Of a stretch of DNA of 64,000 nt, positions 1 through 11,076 are shown one piece after another. The notes under the pieces were generated by a model that was not told the origin of the DNA, ran no database searches, and saw only the letters and a program-made list of their open reading frames with translations. The position numbers and the translations under genes are program-made. Each line of letters opens with the position of its first letter. Position 1 is the first letter of the stretch. The stretch comes from Acidimicrobiales bacterium (GTDB taxonomy: Bacteria; Actinomycetota; Acidimicrobiia; Acidimicrobiales; CATQHL01): assembly GCA_963664235.1 (NCBI GenBank), contig OY760933.1, forward strand, positions 3,281,048-3,345,047, given 5' to 3'.

Positions 1-55
1 CCACCTGACGTGGCAATGGCTGTTCTGCTATTTCGTCCTGCGGCGCAGCCGGCGC

Positions 56-478
56 CTAGCCGCGGATCATGCCGGTCGCCGCCCGCGGAGTGAATCGCAG
101 GACGAGACGGCGCTCGTCGACCATGGCCCGGCGGTACTCCGCCCAGTCCGGGTGCGGGCTGCCGGTCACCCGCTCGTAGTACCTCACCAGGGCGTCGCAG
201 GTGGCGTCGTCCGGGTCGGTCGCCACCGGCGCCAACTCCACGGCGCCATCGAAGGACACGTAGGACCACGATCCGCCATCGGAGACGTGCAGCACCGCCC
301 GCGGGTCGCGCCGCAGGTTGGCGGTCTTGGCCCGCCCCGTGGTGACCGAGACCACGAACGTGCCGCCGTCGAGGTCGTAGACGATGTCCGAGGACTGCGG
401 GCGACCGTCGGAACGGATGGTGATGAGCACACCAAGGCTCCGCTCGGCCGCCCACTCGATGGCTTGTGAAACGTCCAT
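56..478 (-). CDS. PPOX-class (pyridoxamine 5'-phosphate oxidase family) probable F420-dependent oxidoreductase
   Basis: 140-aa ORF. The segment LGVLITIRSDGRPQSSDIVY...GRAKTANLRRDPRAVLHV resembles Rv1155-like split-barrel PPOX proteins. Confidence 0.75.
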   Translation of the reverse strand: MDVSQAIEWAAERSLGVLITIRSDGRPQSSDIVYDLDGGTFVVSVTTGRAKTANLRRDPRAVLHVSDGGSWSYVSFDGAVELAPVATDPDDATCDALVRYYERVTGSPHPDWAEYRRAMVDERRLVLRFTPRAATGMIRG

Positions 479-488
479 GACGGACCTC

Positions 489-2264
<1,776 letters not shown>

Positions 2265-2276
2265 AGATGTACATCT
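2265..2276. promoter_or_regulatory. Perfect 12-bp palindrome AGATGTACATCT in the glnS / PAP2 divergent region
   Basis: Read directly. It is self-complementary and locally AT-rich within GC-rich DNA, and it abuts the proposed glnS start. Confidence 0.3.
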
Positions 2277-2412
2277 ACCAGGCGCTCGCAGCGGGACCAA
2301 CGATGGGGGGTCTGGCGCCGAGCAGCCGCCACCACGCCACCGTCGGCCGGCCGCCGCTGCCGGCAAGTCGCCGAATCGTGCCGGCGCGAGGCAGCCCGTA
2401 CGATTTAGGGCC

Positions 2413-2970
2413 GTGGGCGGCATCGATGTCGACCGGGTCCTGGCGGCCGTGGACGGCTTCGACGACCGCGTCGACGTTCTGTTCGAGAGGCTCCGGGGAC
2501 GGCCCTGGGCGGACAGGGTCTTCTACACGGCGTCCCAACTCGGTGACTACGGCCTGATCTGGCACTTGCTCGCGGCGGTGGCCGCGCTCGGGGGTTCGCG
2601 CCGCGCCGAGCGGAACATGTGGCGGCTTGCGGCCGTGCTGGGGTTGGACTCGATGTTGGTGAACGGTCTGTTGAAGTCGCTGATCAAGCGCTCCCGGCCG
2701 GTCATCGACGACCGAGAACGACCCCTCTACCTGCGCCAACCCATCACGACGGCGTTCCCCAGCGGCCACGCCTCCAGCGCCGTGGTCTCCGCACTGCTGC
2801 TGGGCGAGTTGGGCGGTCGCAGCTGGCGGAGACTGCTGTGGCTGCTGGCGGCCTCGGTGGCGCTGAGCCGCATCCACGTGCGCATCCACCACGCCTCCGA
2901 CGTGGCCGGAGGAGCTCTGGTGGGCGCGGCGCTGGGGCGCCTGGCCCGCCGTCTCTGGCCCCTCGGCTGA
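2413..2970 (+). CDS. PAP2-family phosphatase (phosphatidic acid / undecaprenyl-PP phosphatase-like)
   Basis: Motifs KSLIKRSRP, PSGH and SRIHVRIHHASD fit the PAP2 signature KxxxxxxRP / PSGH / SRxxxxxHxxxD. GTG at 2413 is in frame with track ORF 2065..2970, whose upstream part overlaps glnS antisense. Confidence 0.8.
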   Translation: MGGIDVDRVLAAVDGFDDRVDVLFERLRGRPWADRVFYTASQLGDYGLIWHLLAAVAALGGSRRAERNMWRLAAVLGLDSMLVNGLLKSLIKRSRPVIDDRERPLYLRQPITTAFPSGHASSAVVSALLLGELGGRSWRRLLWLLAASVALSRIHVRIHHASDVAGGALVGAALGRLARRLWPLG

Positions 2971-2977
2971 TCCGGCA

Positions 2978-2994
2978 CCGCCGGCGGCCGGCGG
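2978..2994. terminator. Short GC hairpin CCGCCGG-CGG-CCGGCGG between convergent genes
   Basis: 7-bp inverted repeat read directly between the PAP2 stop (2970) and the SDR stop (2996). Confidence 0.3.
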
Positions 2995-2995
2995 C

Positions 2996-3784
2996 TCAGT
3001 GCGGGTGCAGGTCGGTGATCCCGGTGGAAACCTGGTCGAAGGTCACGATCGACCCGGTCATCGGCGCCGACTCGCCGGTCGCCAGGAAGCGGACGGCGCG
3101 GGCGACCTCCTCCGAGCGCATCAGGCGCCCCAGCGGTCTCGTTCGGGCGTACACGGTCTCCCAGCCGTCGGAGGCGCCGTGGGTGGTGCGCATCACCGAG
3201 TCCTCGCCGGGGGTGAGCGTCCAACCCATGGCCAATCCGTTGACCCTGATCCCGTCGTCCTGCAGGGCGTAGGCGGCGTTGCGGGTGTGGATCCCGAGCG
3301 CCGCCTTGGTCATGGAGTAGATGCTGATGTCCGGGGCACCACCGTGCATGGCGTTGCTCAGGATGTCCACGACAGTGCCCGGCCGGCTGGCCCGCAGCAG
3401 CCGCTTCGCGAAGCGCCCGCACAGCAGCACCGGCGAGCGCACGTTGACCGCGAACAGATCCTCGTAGTCGGCCAGGTCGACGTCCAGGATCTGCGTGCGG
3501 GTGGTCAACCCGGCGGCGTTGATGAGCGTGTCCGCCAGCAGTCCTCGCGCGTCGATCTCGGCGAAGACATCGTCCGCCGCGGTGGCCTCGGAGAGGTCGG
3601 CCAGGACCACTTCGGTGGACGCCCCCATCTCCGCGATGCGGGCGCTCACCGCCTCGGCCCGCTCGGCGCTGCGGCCCACCACGATGATGGTGCCCACACC
3701 TGCGGAGACGAGGGCCAGCGCGGCGGCCTCACCGATGCCGCTTGTGGCGCCGGTCACGAGCGCGCATTCCGGAGTCCAGGTCAT
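2996..3784 (-). CDS. SDR-family oxidoreductase
   Basis: N-terminal TGATSGIGEA Rossmann motif, 262 aa, typical SDR length. Confidence 0.85.
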   Translation of the reverse strand: MTWTPECALVTGATSGIGEAAALALVSAGVGTIIVVGRSAERAEAVSARIAEMGASTEVVLADLSEATAADDVFAEIDARGLLADTLINAAGLTTRTQILDVDLADYEDLFAVNVRSPVLLCGRFAKRLLRASRPGTVVDILSNAMHGGAPDISIYSMTKAALGIHTRNAAYALQDDGIRVNGLAMGWTLTPGEDSVMRTTHGASDGWETVYARTRPLGRLMRSEEVARAVRFLATGESAPMTGSIVTFDQVSTGITDLHPH

Positions 3785-3815
3785 GATTCGCTCCCGTGCG
3801 TCGGTGGCCTGGCCC

Positions 3816-4103
3816 TCAGGCGATGTCGACCGTGTGGACGACGACGTTCTCCAGCATGTCAGCGGTCTTGGCCCCGAACACGGCGTACCGGTCGGTCTGG
3901 TCGTGCAACTCTCGATCGGCCTGTGTGAGGTACTCCTCGTAGATCCGGATCACGTTGGGGTCCCCGCGGTCGCTGCCCACCCGGAAGACCACGCAGCCCT
4001 CCTCCAACTCCACGCAGGCCTCGGCGTGCTGCTCGATGAGCGGCACGAACTCGTCGAGGTGTCCGGGCTTGACGGTCAACTCGCAGAACAGGGCGACGCT
4101 CAT
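3816..4103 (-). CDS. Antibiotic-biosynthesis-monooxygenase (ABM) domain protein
   Basis: The 95-aa core MSVALFCELTVKPGHLDEFVPLIEQHAEAC... looks like a YgiN/ABM ferredoxin-like fold. ATG at 4103 is preceded by GAGGAGGAA. The upstream part of the track ORF is Arg/Pro-rich junk. Confidence 0.7.
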   Translation of the reverse strand: MSVALFCELTVKPGHLDEFVPLIEQHAEACVELEEGCVVFRVGSDRGDPNVIRIYEEYLTQADRELHDQTDRYAVFGAKTADMLENVVVHTVDIA

Positions 4104-4134
4104 CGTTCCTCCTCGGGGGCAGCGGCGTGGTGTC

Positions 4135-4545
4135 TCAGACGCCGTCAGTCTCGGGGAACAGCGGGGCGTCGCGATAGTTGAGTTCGAGGCGGATGCCGTT
4201 GGGATCATGCAGGAAGATCTGCCGCAGCGCCACCTGCGGCCTGCTGTCGTTCGCCTCGAAGGAAAGCCCCCGGGTGGCCAGCCGTTCCTGCATGGCCTCG
4301 TAGTCGCCCGGCTCGTTGGCCGTCTCGAAGGCGACATGGTTGATCGGGCCGGTGGGCCCCGCCATGTCGTCATCGATCACGTTGATGTGCACGTACGGGT
4401 ACCCGCCGGCGTAGAGCCACGCACCGGTTCCCCTGACCCCGGGCCGGTAGCCGGCAGAGAAGCCCAGCACATCGGTGTAGAACGCCACGGTCTCGTCGAG
4501 GCGGGACGTCTGGATGTTGTAATGGTCGAGTGACTTGATAGTCAT
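4135..4545 (-). CDS. VOC / glyoxalase-family protein
   Basis: LDHYNIQTSRLDETVAFYTDVLGF and INHVAFE fit a VOC beta-alpha-beta-beta-beta module. ATG at 4545 is preceded by GAGGAG. Confidence 0.75.
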   Translation of the reverse strand: MTIKSLDHYNIQTSRLDETVAFYTDVLGFSAGYRPGVRGTGAWLYAGGYPYVHINVIDDDMAGPTGPINHVAFETANEPGDYEAMQERLATRGLSFEANDSRPQVALRQIFLHDPNGIRLELNYRDAPLFPETDGV

Positions 4546-4635
4546 GTCGCTCCTCACCTGCCGGTTCGCCGAACCCTAAAGGAGCCTCCCGAGGTGGTCA
4601 ATCGGAGGTACAGCGCCGGCCCACGTGGCGGTGAC

Positions 4636-5277
4636 TCAACTCCCCGGGCCCGGGTCGGGGCCCTCCGTGGCCCACGCGCCGAACGCCTCCAGGTAGCCGA
4701 TGGCCCGCTCGCTCAGCCGGTAGCGGTCGACTAGCGCACCGAATGCCGCCGAGTGGTTCGCTTCGAGGAGATGCGCCAACTCGTGCACGATGACGTAATC
4801 CAGCACCCACCGCGGCACCTCGGTCAACCGGTGTGAGATCAGGATCTCACCGGTTGCGCTGTTGCAGGAGCCCCAGCGCCGGCGCTGCCGCATGGACCAG
4901 CGGATGGACCGGGGCTCGGGCAGGTCGTGGCGCGCGGCGAGATCCCGTGCCCGGGCGACCAGATCCACCTCCCAGCAGCGGTTGCGCTCCTCGAATCGCC
5001 GGCGGACGTCGTCGACAACCTCCGCCTCGTCGAAATCCGACAACCAGGCGGGGATGCGGATCTCCAGGACGCCGCCGACGGCGCGGGCGGAGGTGGTCTT
5101 GTGCCTGTTGGCGCTGCGGATGACCTTCACACGGAACGGCATGGCCGCCCGGGGCGGCCCCAACTCGTCGACACCCTCCTCCCCCGGTAACGGCTGGCAC
5201 TCCTCGACTGGTCCGGGGATTGCGGCGGGGTGGGATCCGTTGGTCTGACCGGGGACCGGGCTCTGGGTGGTACTCAT
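4636..5277 (-). CDS. DUF45 / YgjP-like (M48-type) zinc metallohydrolase
   Basis: HELAHL zinc motif within WVLDYVIVHELAHLLEANHSAAF, preceded by the RRRWGSC segment typical of YgjP-like proteins. Start placed at MSTTQS (5277). Confidence 0.72.
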   Translation of the reverse strand: MSTTQSPVPGQTNGSHPAAIPGPVEECQPLPGEEGVDELGPPRAAMPFRVKVIRSANRHKTTSARAVGGVLEIRIPAWLSDFDEAEVVDDVRRRFEERNRCWEVDLVARARDLAARHDLPEPRSIRWSMRQRRRWGSCNSATGEILISHRLTEVPRWVLDYVIVHELAHLLEANHSAAFGALVDRYRLSERAIGYLEAFGAWATEGPDPGPGS

Positions 5278-5529
5278 TCTTTCTCCCTGCTGGCGGATCG
5301 GCGAGCCGCGCCGGCGGGCGCCGTCCGGTTGAAGGTGGTCGTGGGCCTCGATGTCGAGATCCACTGCCGGTGGCAGTAGATGGGCGGAGGCAACGGCGCC
5401 CCGCAAGGCAAGGGGCTCGGATCGGCGCCGCCAATTCCGAACGACACGGCTTCAGACCAAGGTAGCGACCACCCGGCCTTCACCCGGCGACCGCCACGCC
5501 GCAGGGTAGTCACCCCCTGTGACAGCGCA

Positions 5530-5553
5530 GCGGGCTCGGCCGGCCGAGCCCGC
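5530..5553 (-). terminator. Perfect 24-bp palindrome GCGGGCTCGGCCGGCCGAGCCCGC at the stop of the E1-like gene
   Basis: Self-complementary sequence read directly. It overlaps the TAG stop by 1 nt. There is no U-tract, which is common in high-GC genomes. Confidence 0.5.
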
Positions 5554-7973
5554 TAAGCAGGTTCAGTGCTCTCGTAGATGGCGATGAGGGCGGCGTTGAC
5601 GATGTCGCCGGTGGAGATGCCGGCGATGGCGTGCAGATCGGCGATCGTGCCGGACTCGCCGAAGCGGTCCACCCCCAGCGGGATGTGCCGCGAACCCACC
5701 GCCGCGCCCAGCCAGGCCAGCGCGTGGCTGGAGGCGTCGTGCACGCTTACGACGGGGCGGTGCCGCTCCTCGGGGGGGATCAACTGGTGCATCCGGCTGG
5801 GGCGGCGCACAACGGTCGCCGCCGCCGCGGCGGTCCGGTAGGTGCCCTGCCAGCTCCGGTAGGTCAGATCGGGGCTCGTGAGGTGCACGACGGCGGCGTC
5901 CACACCCTCCTCGGCGAGGACGTCTGCTGCAGCGAGGGCCTCGGGAGCCATCACCCCGGTGGTGACGATGGTGACCCCGGGGCGGTCGGTCAGCGGCGCG
6001 GGCCGCAACTGGTAGCCGCCCGAGAGCACCTGCCGGCGCAACTCCTCGGTGCCCAGCCGCTCGGCGGCCGCAGCGAACGGCGCCTGGTCCAGCGGCCGGG
6101 TGCTGAGGCGGAAGTAGGCGCTCTCGCCGTCGGGGCGGCTGAGGCCGTCGAGGGCGTCGCACAGCAGCCAGTCCACCTCGGTGGCGTAGGCCGGCTCGAA
6201 GTAGGTGAGCCCCGGCAACTCCGCACCCACCCCCGCGGTGATCGTCGACTGGTGCGCCCCGCCCTCGGGGGCCAGGGTGATGCCCGACGGCGTCCCGGCC
6301 ACCACGAAGCGGGCATCGTTGTAGAGGGCGTAGATGAAGGCGTCGAGGCCCCGCAGCACGAACGGGTCGTACACGGTGCCCACTGGCAGCAGGTGCTGGC
6401 CGTGGTGGTCGTGCGACAGGCCCAGTTGGCCCAGCAGCATGAACATGTTCATCTCCGAGAGGCCCAGCTCGATGTGCTGGCCCTCTGGCGAGGGCGCCCA
6501 GCGCAGCATCCGCTCGGCGCCGCCGTGGTCGTCACGGGGCTCGTGCCAGTAGACGCCCGCCTTGTTGACCCAGCCGCCCAAGTTGGTGGAGATCGACACG
6601 TCGGGAGCGGTGGTCACGATCCGCTTGCCGACGTCGGAAACGCTCGCAAGGCGGGTGAGCGTGCGGCCGAACGCCTCCTGCGTGGACACCTTGCCGCGCA
6701 GCGTCGGCGGGCCTGCTGAGGCCGGCATTTCCAACCGGGGCCGGGGCACCGGCGGCGGGTTGTTGATGTCCGAGCCGACCGAGGCGCACACGCGGCCCTC
6801 GGGACTCTCGGGGTCGAAGCGGTCGAACTCGGTGGCTTCGGTGAGCCCCATCTCGTAGCGCAGGGCGTCGATCTGATCGGGGCTCAGCAGCACAGCGTGA
6901 TTCAGGGGGTCGCCGGCCATCGGCAGACCCCATCCCTTGACGGTGTAGGCGAACACCACGCTGGGGCGGTCGGCCTCGATGTCGCACGCCTTGAAACAGT
7001 CGATGAGCTGGCCGAGGTCGTGGCCCCCCAGGTCGGTGACGTGGGCGAAGAGTTCGTCGTCGTCGAAGTCGTCGGTGAGGCGCCGCACCGCCGCGTCGGC
7101 GCCCTGGAGGAACTTGCGGCGCCGCTCGGCGCCATCGAAGGTGAACAGCGCCTGGTAGGCCTCGTTGGACATGCCGTCGATGTGGGCGCGCAGGGCGTCG
7201 CCGCCGGGTTCGGAGAACAGCCGCCGCAGCCGAGCCCCGTACTTGGCCTCGGCCACATGCCAGCCGGCGTGGCTGAAGAAACTCTTGAGCCGGATGGCTG
7301 CGATGTCGGGGATGACCCGGTCGAGGCTCTGGCGGTTGAGGTCCACCACCATCGTGAAGTTCCCGAGCCCGTGCGTGGCCGGATCGGCGATGGCCTCCCA
7401 CACGTTGCCTTCGTCGAGTTCAGCGTCGCCAACGGTGGCGATGAAGCGGGCCGGCGGCGACGGTTCGAAGTGGGCGTCCGTGTAGCGCCGCACCAAGGCG
7501 GAGAACAGCGGCGCCACCGCGCCCAGCCCGACCGAACCGGTGGAGAAATCCGCCACGTCAGGGTCCTTGGTGCGCGACGGGTACGCCTGAAGGCCGCCGC
7601 GGCGGCGGAGCGTCGTGAGATACGAGCGGTCCAGCTCACCGGTGAGGTACTTGATGGCGTGATACACGGGAGAGGCGTGCGGCTTGACCGCCACCTTGTC
7701 GTTGCCGTCTATGTGCGCGAACCACAGCGCCGTCATGATCGACACCATCGACGCCGACGACGCCTGGTGGCCGCCGACCTTGATCTCGAGGCCCTCCCGC
7801 CGGTTGGCGATGTCCACGATGCGAGTCGCCAACCACAGCAACCGCCGCTGGATGACATCGAGAGTCTCGATGTCGGGGACCGGCCTGGCCGGCTCCGGGT
7901 CGCGAGGTCGCTCCCTCGCGGTGCCCGGTGCGGGCTCGGCCCCGGCGGCGACGCTCTCGGTGCGTTCGCTCAT
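5553..7973 (-). CDS. Homodimeric (AceE-type) 2-oxoacid dehydrogenase E1 / transketolase-like ThDP enzyme
   Basis: Collinear with AceE: GGHQASSASM, PHASPVYHA, GDAELDEGN (ThDP GDG-type motif), and C-terminal transketolase-like pyrimidine and C-domains. ATG at 7973 follows GAGGGGG. An alternative ATG lies at 7994. Confidence 0.8.
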   Translation of the reverse strand: MSERTESVAAGAEPAPGTARERPRDPEPARPVPDIETLDVIQRRLLWLATRIVDIANRREGLEIKVGGHQASSASMVSIMTALWFAHIDGNDKVAVKPHASPVYHAIKYLTGELDRSYLTTLRRRGGLQAYPSRTKDPDVADFSTGSVGLGAVAPLFSALVRRYTDAHFEPSPPARFIATVGDAELDEGNVWEAIADPATHGLGNFTMVVDLNRQSLDRVIPDIAAIRLKSFFSHAGWHVAEAKYGARLRRLFSEPGGDALRAHIDGMSNEAYQALFTFDGAERRRKFLQGADAAVRRLTDDFDDDELFAHVTDLGGHDLGQLIDCFKACDIEADRPSVVFAYTVKGWGLPMAGDPLNHAVLLSPDQIDALRYEMGLTEATEFDRFDPESPEGRVCASVGSDINNPPPVPRPRLEMPASAGPPTLRGKVSTQEAFGRTLTRLASVSDVGKRIVTTAPDVSISTNLGGWVNKAGVYWHEPRDDHGGAERMLRWAPSPEGQHIELGLSEMNMFMLLGQLGLSHDHHGQHLLPVGTVYDPFVLRGLDAFIYALYNDARFVVAGTPSGITLAPEGGAHQSTITAGVGAELPGLTYFEPAYATEVDWLLCDALDGLSRPDGESAYFRLSTRPLDQAPFAAAAERLGTEELRRQVLSGGYQLRPAPLTDRPGVTIVTTGVMAPEALAAADVLAEEGVDAAVVHLTSPDLTYRSWQGTYRTAAAAATVVRRPSRMHQLIPPEERHRPVVSVHDASSHALAWLGAAVGSRHIPLGVDRFGESGTIADLHAIAGISTGDIVNAALIAIYESTEPA

Positions 7974-8224
7974 GGGCCCCCTCACATGCACCATTGCGGG
8001 ACTCCGGGCGATTCCTGAGGCCCCGTACCGCTGATCGTGCCGTTCTCCGGCAAGGTCGCGACGCCCGGCAGGTACACCGACGAGCGTGGCCCGATCCTAC
8101 GCGTCCCACCGTCGGGGGCCAAGCGATGGGTCCGCCAGTGCCCAGATCGCGGCACCCCGCACCTCAGGCGGGCCCGCCCAAGCCCTCATCGGCAGTCACG
8201 GCACTCTGGTACTTTGACCGTCCG

Positions 8225-9475
8225 ATGCCTGGGGTCCCCGCCGCTCTCCCGCCCATGACCGAGCGGCTCCGGAGGCCCGACTGGGCGCGACGCATCAACC
8301 TGATGGCCGGCTCGGTCGGCGGCCGGGCCCGGGACCTGGTGCCCATCGACGCCGGCGACCTGCTGGGGCGGGCCGCTGCCTCCCTCGGCGCCATGCCCAC
8401 CGGCGACCTCGGCGATCCCGATTGGCAGGACCGCTTCGAGGCCCTCGTCGCCGCCGTCGACGCCTCACCGATGCACGTGGTAGGCCGGCTGATGACCCGC
8501 CAGGAGTTGCTGCGCTCGCTGCGCAGCCGCCTGCTGCTGACCGCCACCATCGACGCCTCGCCCGAGATCACGGCCCAGCCGGTGTCCGCTCCGGTGGTCA
8601 TCGCCGGTCCCGCCCGCTCGGGCACATCGATCCTGTTCGAACTGCTCGCCCTGCACCCCGACCTGCGCGCCCCGACCGCCGCCGAGGGCCTCCACCCGGT
8701 GCCGCTGCCCGACTACGGCGCCGATCCGGGAGTGCTCGGAGAGTGCGAGCAGGAGTTCTGGGCCGACGTCCAGCCGGAGTTCCAGGCCATGCACGAATTG
8801 CGCAGCGACCTGCCCGTCGAGTGCATCACCTTGACCCAGGGCAGCTTCTGCGGCTTCCACTGGAGCATGCTCGCCCCACTGGAGGGGTGGTTTCCCGACC
8901 CGGTCGTGAACTACGACTACGAGCGACACTTCCTGCAGGTGCTCCAGCGTGGCTCCGGCCCCACCCAGTGGGTCCTGAAGACGCCCGCCCACATCATGTT
9001 GTTGCCCACATTGTTCGAGACATTCGGCGACGCCTGGGTGCTGCAGACCCACCGTGACCCCGCCCGCACCATGCCTTCCACCGTGAGCATGACCACCATG
9101 ATCCAATGGCTGCGCACCGACGACGTCGACGTGGACCTCATCTCCCAGCTGATATTCGACATCTTCACCGCCGCCCTCAACGACTCGGTTGAGTTACGCC
9201 GATCGGGGGCCGTGCCCGCCGAGCGCTTCGTGGACATCCACTACACGCGGCTCATCGAGGACCCGGCAGCCACCCTGGGCGCCGCCTGCGAACAGATGGG
9301 CCTTCAATTCCCCGACGCCTACGCCGCAGCCGTCGGGGACTACCTGGCCGCCAAACCCAAGGGCAAGTTCGGCGTGCACCGTTACCAGCCCGAGGACTGG
9401 GGGTACACCGCCGACGGGCTGCGCACCGCCATGGCCCCCTACCTCGACCACTTCGGCGTGGCCACCGAAGGCTGA
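8225..9475 (+). CDS. Sulfotransferase-family protein
   Basis: PAPS-binding loop-like PVVIAGPARSGTSILFELL and the overall size fit. Start is at ATG 8225 or 8255. The upstream part of track ORF 7928.. overlaps the E1 gene. Confidence 0.68.
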   Translation: MPGVPAALPPMTERLRRPDWARRINLMAGSVGGRARDLVPIDAGDLLGRAAASLGAMPTGDLGDPDWQDRFEALVAAVDASPMHVVGRLMTRQELLRSLRSRLLLTATIDASPEITAQPVSAPVVIAGPARSGTSILFELLALHPDLRAPTAAEGLHPVPLPDYGADPGVLGECEQEFWADVQPEFQAMHELRSDLPVECITLTQGSFCGFHWSMLAPLEGWFPDPVVNYDYERHFLQVLQRGSGPTQWVLKTPAHIMLLPTLFETFGDAWVLQTHRDPARTMPSTVSMTTMIQWLRTDDVDVDLISQLIFDIFTAALNDSVELRRSGAVPAERFVDIHYTRLIEDPAATLGAACEQMGLQFPDAYAAAVGDYLAAKPKGKFGVHRYQPEDWGYTADGLRTAMAPYLDHFGVATEG

Positions 9476-9488
9476 GCCGGAACCGTCG

Positions 9489-10601
9489 ATGGACACAGAA
9501 TCCCGCCTGGCCCTCGCCGAGCTGATCGAGGTGCTGCGCGAGGCCGACGAACGCTGGGTGTCGCCCGAATGGAACCTGCACAGCGCAGACGACGCCGTCG
9601 AAGCCCATCGAGCCCTCATGCACTACCTGCAGTGGGGACTGGTCGGGCTGTTCGAGCGCGACCCGTCCGCCCCGCGGTTCCGTCGCATCGTGGATCCGCA
9701 CCGCAAAGTCCTCGGCGACAACCCCGATGCCATCTACTTCGACGCCCCCATCTCAGCCGATCACGCCTACCGGGTGCGGGGCGAGACGAAGGGTGCCGCC
9801 TACGTGTCGATCACCGTGGAATCGGGTGACGCCTGGGGATCGATGGACAACCAGGTCGTGGGAGCGATCAACCACACGTCCTTCGACACCGACGCCGGCG
9901 GCCGCTTCGAGATCCTCATCGGCGGCGAGCCCCGGGAGCGCAACTGGCTGGCCCCGCCCCCCGGGGAAGGATCGATCAGCACCCGGCACTACTTCGAGGA
10001 TCCCACCCACGCGGCGGCCGACCCCGCCCGGGTACCGGACATGGAAATCGAGGTGATCGGCGGCGCGGCCGCGCCCCGGCCGTCCGACGCCACCGTGAGC
10101 GCGGGTATCCGGCGGGTAGCCGCCCTGGTGCGCGAGCTAACCGTGGACCGCCCGCCAATCGCCCAGGGCGAGCCCCGCTCGTGGATCTCGCTGGTGCCCA
10201 ACGAGTTCCCCACCCCCGGGGCGCCCGGTGACCTGGGCCTCGCCGCGCTCGACGCCGCCTACGCCATGGCCCCCTTCGTTGTCGGCCCCGACGAGGCGCT
10301 GGTGATCCGCGCCCGCTGGCCCCGGTGCCGCTACGCCAACGTGTGCCTGTGGAACCGCCACCTGCAGACACTCGACTACACGGCCCGGTCGATCTCGCTC
10401 AACAGGTCCCAGACCGTCGCCGACGCCGACGGCGGTTTCACGGCCGTCATCTCCCACACCGACCCCGGAACCGGGAACTGGCTCGACACCGAGGGCCGCC
10501 CGTTCGGCATCGTCTTCTGGCGCTTCATGCTCCCCGAAGGCGACATCGACACCCCCGAGGCCCGGCTGGTGCCCCTGGAGGGCCTCCCCAGCATCCTGTG
10601 A
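9489..10601 (+). CDS. DUF1214-domain protein (function unknown)
   Basis: The 370-aa core starting MDTESRLALAELIEVLREADERW, with NPDAIYF and RHYFED segments, resembles DUF1214 proteins as I recall them. Call made from memory only. Confidence 0.5.
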   Translation: MDTESRLALAELIEVLREADERWVSPEWNLHSADDAVEAHRALMHYLQWGLVGLFERDPSAPRFRRIVDPHRKVLGDNPDAIYFDAPISADHAYRVRGETKGAAYVSITVESGDAWGSMDNQVVGAINHTSFDTDAGGRFEILIGGEPRERNWLAPPPGEGSISTRHYFEDPTHAAADPARVPDMEIEVIGGAAAPRPSDATVSAGIRRVAALVRELTVDRPPIAQGEPRSWISLVPNEFPTPGAPGDLGLAALDAAYAMAPFVVGPDEALVIRARWPRCRYANVCLWNRHLQTLDYTARSISLNRSQTVADADGGFTAVISHTDPGTGNWLDTEGRPFGIVFWRFMLPEGDIDTPEARLVPLEGLPSIL

Positions 10602-10728
10602 CCGGCACTCATGGGCCGACTTTGCCAGCGCCCCGGTCATGCGCGCCGGCAACGGTGCGCCTCGGTTTCGCCGGCGATCGCGGGGGCACGGGTTCGCCAC
10701 GAGCGCGTTCGTTGCTCCGAGGCCGGGG

Positions 10729-11076
10729 TTAGGGCCAGTGGACGCCCGGGTATGGCCTCGGGTTCTCCGTGGCCCACTGGTGGAGGTGGCGGGCGAGCGC
10801 GGGAGCCAGGGCGGAGCCGCGGGGGTGGCGGTCTTTCCTGACAAAGACGACCGGTGTTGCCGGTTCGTCCCCGGCGCGACGGTCCTTGATGATTGTGGCG
10901 AAGTCCGCGAAGTTCTCCGTTACGACAACGCGTTGCTGCTCGACGGCGGTCTGATAGACGGTCACGTCGTCGCTGCCGGCGAGCCCGATCTCTGCCACAC
11001 CGACCGCGTCATGGCCGAGCGTGGTCAGCTCCGTCGCCGTCGAGGGCGGCAACATTTCGTCGATCAGCCACCTCAC
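10729..11076 (-). CDS. DUF5615 / Mut7-C PIN-like toxin (VapC45-like)
   Basis: MRWLIDEMLPPSTATELTTLGHDAVGVAEIGLAGSDDVTVYQTAVEQQRVVVTENFADF matches the DUF5615 pattern (LxDEnLP...GHDa..v...gl.g..D..i...A....rvlvT.D.DF). 4-nt overlap with the upstream partner. Confidence 0.7.
   Translation of the reverse strand: MRWLIDEMLPPSTATELTTLGHDAVGVAEIGLAGSDDVTVYQTAVEQQRVVVTENFADFATIIKDRRAGDEPATPVVFVRKDRHPRGSALAPALARHLHQWATENPRPYPGVHWP

Noticed and set aside
7928-8224. N-terminal extensions of track ORFs (7928.., 9189.., 2065.., 26368, 29004, 34935, 50103, 50725, 17599)
   Set aside because: The extensions overlap neighbouring genes or are Arg/Pro-rich. Internal ATG/GTG starts with RBS-like GGAGG or 4-nt overlaps give proteins of normal family length.
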